A program made the position numbers and the translations under genes. From NCBI GenBank assembly GCA_045591965.1, contig JAZNTX010000021.1, positions 66,331 through 130,330 of the forward strand: a stretch of 64,000 nt of DNA, written 5' to 3'. Numbering within the stretch: the stretch's first letter is position 1; the number at the start of each line of letters is the position of its first letter. The DNA is from Tidjanibacter sp. (GTDB lineage Bacteria; Bacteroidota; Bacteroidia; Bacteroidales; Rikenellaceae). Positions 58,003-64,000 of the stretch are shown here, one piece after another. The notes under the pieces are model-generated. The model did not search any database. It was not told the origin of the DNA and saw only the letters and a program-made list of their open reading frames with translations.

Positions 58003-59376
58003 ATGAAATACGATGTTGTAGTAATCGGTAGCGGTCCTGGTGGACATGTTGCCGCTCTAAAAGCCGCCAAGAAGGGTCTTTCGGTTGCTGTTGTGGAGAA
58101 ATCCGAATTGGGAGGCGTGTGTGTGAACTGGGGCTGTATCCCGACAAAGGCTATGCTCAAAAGTGCGCAAGTCTACCACTACTTCCAGTCGGCAGCCTCC
58201 TATGGCATAGAGTTCGAGGGAGAGGTAAAAGCCTCGCTCGACAAGATTGTTGCCCGCAGTAGGGGAGTCGCTGAGCAGATGAGTAAAGGCGTGGCATTTC
58301 TCTTTAAGAAGGCAGGCATTGTAGTTTATGAGGGCTTTGGTAGAATTGCCGCAAAGGGTGTTGTGGAGGTCGCAAAGATCGATGGCACAACCGAGAGCAT
58401 CGAGGCAGACCACATAATTCTCGCCACAGGCTCGCGCCCACGCGAAATACCCATTATGCCCGTTGATGGCAAACGCATCATATCCTCCAAGGAGGCACTG
58501 ACGCTCAGCGAGTTGCCAGAGAGTATGATTATCGTGGGCTCGGGAGCCATTGGTTGCGAGTTTGCGTGGGTCTATGCTGCTTTGGGTGTAAAGGTTACCG
58601 TTGTGGAGTACCTGCCCCAGATGTTGCCTCTTGCCGACGAGGAGGTAAGCCGCACGCTTGAACGCTCGTTCCGTAAGATGAAAGCCACGGTGTTGAGTGG
58701 TACGGCTGTGAAGGCTGTGAGGGTTACCGACGAGGGTTGTGAGGTCGATATAGAGGGCAAGAAGGGTGCTGAAACCCTCCGTGCCGATGTTGTCCTCTCG
58801 GCTGTGGGCGTGAAATCCAACATCGAGGGTCTTGGCTTGGAGGAACTCGGCGTGAAGATTGAGCGCGATAAGGTGGTGGTTGACGAGGCATTCCGCACCT
58901 CCGTTGAGGGCATCTACGCCATCGGTGACATTATTGCAACTCCTGCATTGGCACATACCGCCTCGGCAGAGGCTACGGTTTGTGTGGAGGCTATCTGTGG
59001 CGAAAATCCCGAACCTATTGACTACACTACCGTTCCCTCGTGTGTTTACACCACTCCCGAGGTGGCAATGGTGGGTCTGACAGAGAAACAAGCGGTGGAG
59101 CAGGGCTACGAAATCAAAGTTGGAAAATACCAATTTATGGCTTCGGGCAAGGCTACGGCTGCGGGCGATAGGGATGGTTTCGTGAAACTTATCTACGATG
59201 CTAAGAGCGAGAAACTGCTTGGCGCACATATCATTGGTGCGAGCGTTACGGAGATGCTGGGCGAACCTGCTCTTGCCAAACGACTCGGCATTACCGCACG
59301 CCAAATAGCCTCGACCATACACTCTCATCCCACAATGTACGAGGGTCTGCTGGAAGCCACCGAAGAGGTGTTGTAG
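58003..59376 (+). CDS. lpdA: Dihydrolipoyl dehydrogenase
   Basis: GSGPGG, GGVCVNWGCIP disulfide motif, GSGAIG, HSHPT. Confidence 0.93.
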   Translation: MKYDVVVIGSGPGGHVAALKAAKKGLSVAVVEKSELGGVCVNWGCIPTKAMLKSAQVYHYFQSAASYGIEFEGEVKASLDKIVARSRGVAEQMSKGVAFLFKKAGIVVYEGFGRIAAKGVVEVAKIDGTTESIEADHIILATGSRPREIPIMPVDGKRIISSKEALTLSELPESMIIVGSGAIGCEFAWVYAALGVKVTVVEYLPQMLPLADEEVSRTLERSFRKMKATVLSGTAVKAVRVTDEGCEVDIEGKKGAETLRADVVLSAVGVKSNIEGLGLEELGVKIERDKVVVDEAFRTSVEGIYAIGDIIATPALAHTASAEATVCVEAICGENPEPIDYTTVPSCVYTTPEVAMVGLTEKQAVEQGYEIKVGKYQFMASGKATAAGDRDGFVKLIYDAKSEKLLGAHIIGASVTEMLGEPALAKRLGITARQIASTIHSHPTMYEGLLEATEEVL

Positions 59377-59400
59377 CATGAAAATGGCAATAAAATATTA

Positions 59401-59435
59401 AGAGTTGCGCTCCCTGCAAGGAGCGCACTCTTTTT
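59401..59435. terminator. Bidirectional intrinsic terminator
   Basis: TGCGCTCC/GGAGCGCA stem followed by a T-tract. Confidence 0.7.
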
Positions 59436-59477
59436 ATTCACACTGAAGTTAAAAATTCGGCATTATGACCTTATATT

Positions 59478-60806
59478 TCACTTACCGATGCAGAATTTGG
59501 AGAAGATTTCGGTGAGGAGGTCGGTGGTGGTGACTTCGCCGGTAATTTCGCCGATGGCGGCGAGGACCTCGCGGATATCTTGAGCAACGAGGTCGGTAGA
59601 GATGCCCGCCAAAAGCGCCTCGCGCGAGCATTGTAGCGACTTATGCGCCCTAATAAGTGCCTCGTAGTGGCGGCTATTGGAAACTACCGTTTCACCCTTC
59701 ATTACATCGCCCGTATCAACTTGTGAGCGAATGGCGTGGAGCAACTCCTCAATTCCAATTCCAAATTTTGCCGAGATAGCAATCCAGCCCTCGGGAGTAG
59801 GAGCAGTGTTGAGGTCGCACTTATTAATCACTCTCAAAATCTTTTGTTCGGGGCAGGGGATTACAACCTCTTCCGATGGCTCCTCGCACAACGCCACAAC
59901 AATCTGTGCCTCGCTCAAAGCCCTACGGGTGCGCTCAATGCCCATATTTTCGAGCCTATCATCGGTGTCGTGCAGTCCTGCTGTATCAATAAAACGGAAC
60001 CTTACTCCATCAATCGTCACGCACTCCTCGATGGTGTCACGCGTGGTGCCCGCAATATCACTTACCATAGCCCTCTCGTCGCCCACAATGCGGTTCAGAA
60101 GCGTACTCTTGCCCACATTGGGTTTACCCACAATCGCTACGGCAACGCCTTTTTTGATGGCGTTACCCACCGAGAACGACCCAGCAAGCCTCTTTATCTC
60201 GCCATCTATGCGCTCCAAAAGTTGCAACAACTCTTCTCGGTTGGCAAACTCCACATCCTCCTCCGAAAAGTCGAGTTCCAACTCCAAGAGCGATGCAAGC
60301 CTCACGAGTTCTGCCCTCAGCGTAGCAAGCGAAGAGGAGTAGGAGCCCCTAAGTTGTGTATCTGCAAGCGTGAGAGCCGCCCTCGACTCAGCAGCAATGA
60401 CATCTGCCACAGCCTCTGCTTGCGAGAGGTCCATCTTGCCCGCAAGGAAGGCGCGTTTGGTAAACTCTCCTGCCGATGCGGCGCGTGCACCATGTTCGAT
60501 AGCAAGTCTTACAATTTCGCCCACAATATATGCCGAGCCATGGCACGAAATCTCCACCATATCGCCACCCGTATAACTATTAGGTGCGCGGAACACCGCC
60601 ACAACCACATCATCAACCCTGCGTTCGCCATCGTAGATGTAACCGTAGGTCATTGTATAACCCTTCTGGTCGGAGATGCGAGCACCCTTAGGGCTGCGGA
60701 AAATGTTGTCGCACACCTCCAAAGCCCTCTCGCCCTCAATGCGGACTATGGCTATGGCTCCACCAGATGGGGTGGCAGGTGCTACTATGGTGTCAAGGTG
60801 CATCAT
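59478..60806 (-). CDS. mnmE: tRNA modification GTPase MnmE
   Basis: DTIVAPAT, EISCHG, GEFTKRAF, GKPNVGKS, DTAG, FCIGK C-terminus. Confidence 0.96.
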   Translation of the reverse strand: MMHLDTIVAPATPSGGAIAIVRIEGERALEVCDNIFRSPKGARISDQKGYTMTYGYIYDGERRVDDVVVAVFRAPNSYTGGDMVEISCHGSAYIVGEIVRLAIEHGARAASAGEFTKRAFLAGKMDLSQAEAVADVIAAESRAALTLADTQLRGSYSSSLATLRAELVRLASLLELELDFSEEDVEFANREELLQLLERIDGEIKRLAGSFSVGNAIKKGVAVAIVGKPNVGKSTLLNRIVGDERAMVSDIAGTTRDTIEECVTIDGVRFRFIDTAGLHDTDDRLENMGIERTRRALSEAQIVVALCEEPSEEVVIPCPEQKILRVINKCDLNTAPTPEGWIAISAKFGIGIEELLHAIRSQVDTGDVMKGETVVSNSRHYEALIRAHKSLQCSREALLAGISTDLVAQDIREVLAAIGEITGEVTTTDLLTEIFSKFCIGK

Positions 60807-60832
60807 TTTGAGTTTGTGGTATTTAGCAATAT

Positions 60833-62128
60833 TTACTTCAAGAAAATCTCCAACTTTTGTCCTACGCGTATTTTCGATGCATCTTTGATGTTATTCCACT
60901 TGCAAATCTGCTTCACCGTAACGCCATATTTCTTGGCAATGAGCGAGAGGTTTTCGCCCGATTTAACCTTGTGAATTTTGCTATCAATGACAAAAGTCGG
61001 CATCTCGCCATTTTTGCGAGGGCTCATATATTCGGCAAGATAGAGCGTATCTTTGCCCATAATTTCTGCCTCGTGGTCGAGGAATTTTGGTATCTCCGAG
61101 AGTGGCAACACGATGTCGTAGGCACGCCCCCTTACGGCAGGCACAATATCTTGCTTAAACTGCGGATTTAGAGTTCTGAGCACCTCTATTGGTGTGCCGA
61201 TGGTGGAACTAATTTGCTTAAAGTGCATAATCCGACCAATGTGTATCGTGTCGGTCACAAGTGGTAGGGGAGCCTCCTTGGACTCAATATTGTGCAACGA
61301 GTGGTAATGGTAGGCGTAGGATGTGGCTATAAATGCTGGCACATAACCTCTCGTCTCCTCGGGAAGATAGGGGTAGATATCCCAAAATCCTGCATTTTTC
61401 TTCTCCACTCTACGAAGTGCTTTATTAACTTTACCCGCTCCGCAGTTGTAGGCTGCCAGTGCGAGATTCCAGTCGCCATAGACATCGTAGAGGTATTTCA
61501 AGTGGCGGCAGGCTGCTTTGGTGGATAATATGGGGTCGAAGCGTTGATCTATGAATGAGGTTACCTCCAAACCGTAACCTTTACCCGTGCCATACATAAA
61601 TTGCCACAAACCCGATGCTCCAACCTTCGAGCGGGCCTTCGGAACAAGCGAAGACTCAATGACGGGCAGTATGCGCAATTCGAGCGGTAGCCCTTGTGCA
61701 TCGAGTTCTGCCTCGAAAATGGGAAAGTAGTAGAGTGAACGCCCCAAGATGCGACTTATATGGTCGCTATGACGCGTAGTATAGGAGATGATATACTTCC
61801 TTACCACCTCGTTGTAGGACATAGGTATTGCCGAGCCCATAGCCTTCAATCGCTCTATATACACCGAGTCGGGGATATTGCTTGCAGGAAGGTCGGTTGT
61901 ATCTACAACAAGGAGTGGATTGAGGAGTTTTTCGCTCGCCAGTTCGCTTTGTCGCTGGCTCCAAGCAATGAGCATAGAGTCGAGTCGTGGCATAGAGAGT
62001 TCCTCGTCGAGGCTCCTCTCTGCGGGATTGGTGTCGTTCTCCTCGGGGATAAGTATGGGCTCTTGTGCCATTGCGAGAGTGCAAGCAAGGGCGGTACAAG
62101 ATAGTGTAAGAAGGCGTTTGAGTTTCAT
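60833..62128 (-). CDS. Lytic murein transglycosylase with LysM (MltD-like)
   Basis: LPVIES, GASGLWQFM, ALAAYNCG, ETRGYVP, one C-terminal LysM. Confidence 0.9.
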   Translation of the reverse strand: MKLKRLLTLSCTALACTLAMAQEPILIPEENDTNPAERSLDEELSMPRLDSMLIAWSQRQSELASEKLLNPLLVVDTTDLPASNIPDSVYIERLKAMGSAIPMSYNEVVRKYIISYTTRHSDHISRILGRSLYYFPIFEAELDAQGLPLELRILPVIESSLVPKARSKVGASGLWQFMYGTGKGYGLEVTSFIDQRFDPILSTKAACRHLKYLYDVYGDWNLALAAYNCGAGKVNKALRRVEKKNAGFWDIYPYLPEETRGYVPAFIATSYAYHYHSLHNIESKEAPLPLVTDTIHIGRIMHFKQISSTIGTPIEVLRTLNPQFKQDIVPAVRGRAYDIVLPLSEIPKFLDHEAEIMGKDTLYLAEYMSPRKNGEMPTFVIDSKIHKVKSGENLSLIAKKYGVTVKQICKWNNIKDASKIRVGQKLEIFLK

Positions 62129-62133
62129 CTACA

Positions 62134-63357
62134 CTAAAAATTCATCGTAAGGTTAAAACCGAAGTTGTTGGTAACACCTATGGGACTTACGGTCTGTGTT
62201 ATCTGAGGCTCAATCTTCATCGAGAGGTTATCGCTAATGTCGTATGCCTGCATGTGAGCATCGATGTGGGCATCTGCCACTTGCACAAGGTAGACTGCGA
62301 CGGTGCCGATAATTGCAAGGTCGCGATTTCGGCGATAGGAGTTTTTGATTGAGCGTAGCGACTCCTCCGGAGTATAGGGGAATTCGCTGATGGTCGAATC
62401 GTCACCATCGGTTGCAAGGTCATAAGCACGCTTAAAGCGGTCGTAGCCCCTCTGGTTCCAGTCAATGACATAGACCATCGAAGCCATACCCGCCACCACA
62501 ATGGGAACCTTCCAATAACTACCATTGTATATTTGACCTGCACCAGGGCAAACAAACGATAGGGTAGTGGCTTTCTGAATATCACTCATCTCCGAGGGGA
62601 AATTAATGACACCGTCCACCAAGAAACCCATAAAACTTGCAGCCGCTGCACCCCATAGCAGTGTGCGGTAGTTTTGATGTTTGAGCATCTTGGTTTGCAC
62701 TGGTGTGCGCTCCTCTTGTGATACTCCCGTTGCGGCAAGTTTGTCGAACTCTGCCTTGTAGGTCTGATACTTCTTGTTTTGCTCCAAGCCTGCCCACAAA
62801 GGTAGACCGACCATGGCATATTCAAGCGGGATTTTCCAGTACTTCTCTTCGTAGAGTTGTGCAAAACCAGGTAAGACAACGCTTGCAAGTGTGGTTGTGG
62901 TGAGCGACAACGAGTCGCGGAAGAGCCAATTGTATCTCTCTTTCTTAATGGTATCGGTCGCTATGGTGTCGAGTTTCTCGGTAATGGTATCTGCTGGGAG
63001 CAATGTGGTACGCCTTGCCACAAGGGAGTCTATGCGTACCGAGGTGGTTGCCATCGTTAGAGAGTCTTCGGGCAGTATGCTCTCACGAGCCACCACCAAT
63101 GAGTCTATGAGGCGGCTGAGTTCCAACACTTCGAGCGAGTCTTGCTCGGGAGTGCGAACTATGGGCATGATTTTATTGCCGCTCCTTACGCTAAAACCTT
63201 GTGTAAAATCGGCAATAGCCACCACCTCCTTTTTCTTTCTCTTTTTGCTCTTCTCCTCGGGGGTATTACTCTCCTGAGCAAAGAGCATAGAGGGAAGGAT
63301 GATAGTTGCCACCACCATCACAGCAAAACGCAATATGCCAAGTTTTGTCCTCTTCAT
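62134..63357 (-). CDS. DUF5683-family protein with two tandem domains
   Basis: Two copies of S.V.PG.(A/G)Q.Y...YWK.P; located in the parB-DUF5683-mltD arrangement. Confidence 0.75.
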   Translation of the reverse strand: MKRTKLGILRFAVMVVATIILPSMLFAQESNTPEEKSKKRKKKEVVAIADFTQGFSVRSGNKIMPIVRTPEQDSLEVLELSRLIDSLVVARESILPEDSLTMATTSVRIDSLVARRTTLLPADTITEKLDTIATDTIKKERYNWLFRDSLSLTTTTLASVVLPGFAQLYEEKYWKIPLEYAMVGLPLWAGLEQNKKYQTYKAEFDKLAATGVSQEERTPVQTKMLKHQNYRTLLWGAAAASFMGFLVDGVINFPSEMSDIQKATTLSFVCPGAGQIYNGSYWKVPIVVAGMASMVYVIDWNQRGYDRFKRAYDLATDGDDSTISEFPYTPEESLRSIKNSYRRNRDLAIIGTVAVYLVQVADAHIDAHMQAYDISDNLSMKIEPQITQTVSPIGVTNNFGFNLTMNF

Positions 63358-63360
63358 ACT

Positions 63361-63999
63361 CTACTTACCGAGCCCTTCGAGCCTCTCAACAATAGCCGAG
63401 ATCTCTTGGTCGCTCGAAAAACCGATTACAATCTTACCCGAGCCATCGCCCGAGCGTTTGATTTTGATATTCTCACCCATAATACGCGACAGACTCTCCA
63501 CCGCGCGAGTGTAAATCTCGGGGAACTCCTCCTCTTGCTCCGCAGCAGCAGGTTTTGCCTCCGAGAGTTTTTTGACAAGTTGCTCGGTAGCCCTTACCGA
63601 TAGTTCCTTTTTGATAACCTTCTTTACCAACGAGGAGTGTGCCTCCTCGGGAGCAGCAGCAATAGCCTTAGCGTGTCCCATGGTTATAAGGTTGCCTTTG
63701 AGGGCCGCCTGCACCTCGGGGCACATCTGCATAAGGCGGAGATAGTTTGCTACCGTAGAGCGTTTTTTGCCCACCCTCTGAGCCACAACCTCCTGTGTTA
63801 CGCCACACTCGTCAATGAGTCTTTGGAGCGAAATAGCAATCTCCATAGCATTCAAATCCTGACGCTGGATATTCTCCACCAAAGCCATCTCGTGCAACTC
63901 CTTGTCGTCAGCCTCGCGGATGTAAGCAGGGATTGTCTTTTTGCCCGCCAATTTCGAAGCCCTCCAACGCCTCTCGCCACTGATGATGATATATTTACC
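63361..63999 (-). CDS. parB: ParB/Spo0J partition protein; 5' end outside the window
   Basis: Frame is open to the window edge: IISGERRWRAS, ALVENIQR.DL, RSTVANYLRL. Confidence 0.95.
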   Translation of the reverse strand, partial: GKYIIISGERRWRASKLAGKKTIPAYIREADDKELHEMALVENIQRQDLNAMEIAISLQRLIDECGVTQEVVAQRVGKKRSTVANYLRLMQMCPEVQAALKGNLITMGHAKAIAAAPEEAHSSLVKKVIKKELSVRATEQLVKKLSEAKPAAAEQEEEFPEIYTRAVESLSRIMGENIKIKRSGDGSGKIVIGFSSDQEISAIVERLEGLGK

Positions 64000-64000
64000 A

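Overview
A 64-kb core-chromosome segment from a Bacteroidales bacterium, most likely Rikenellaceae/Alistipes-like. This placement is inferred from gene content, TAnnTTTG promoter boxes and A-rich ribosome-binding regions without Shine-Dalgarno sites. It holds about 45 mostly housekeeping genes (rlmD, cdd, rluA-family, glgB, addAB-like, nusB, yajC, glnA, radA, xseAB, prfA, ackA-ptb-buk, pyrG, yidC, mutS, rex, pheT, lpdA, mnmE, mltD, parB) and one tRNA-Pro(CGG). A few accessory genes are present: a SHOCT/DUF4429-like gene in an AT-rich islet next to the tRNA, a BspA-type LRR lipoprotein, an orphan Stealth protein, an Oar-like TonB receptor and an orphan polytopic lipoprotein. No CRISPR array, rRNA, transposase, integrase or reverse transcriptase was seen. 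The most notable signal is non-coding. Two homologous ~250-nt leaders 46 kb apart (6433-6700 and 52824-53100) each run promoter box, short hairpin, ~200-nt nested rod, U-tract. They show compensatory base changes between copies and each sits ahead of an unrelated accessory gene. Second, four convergent gene junctions are filled with mosaics of shared palindromic modules and 7-mer or 9-mer tandem repeats, some of which supply the neighbouring gene's stop codon.
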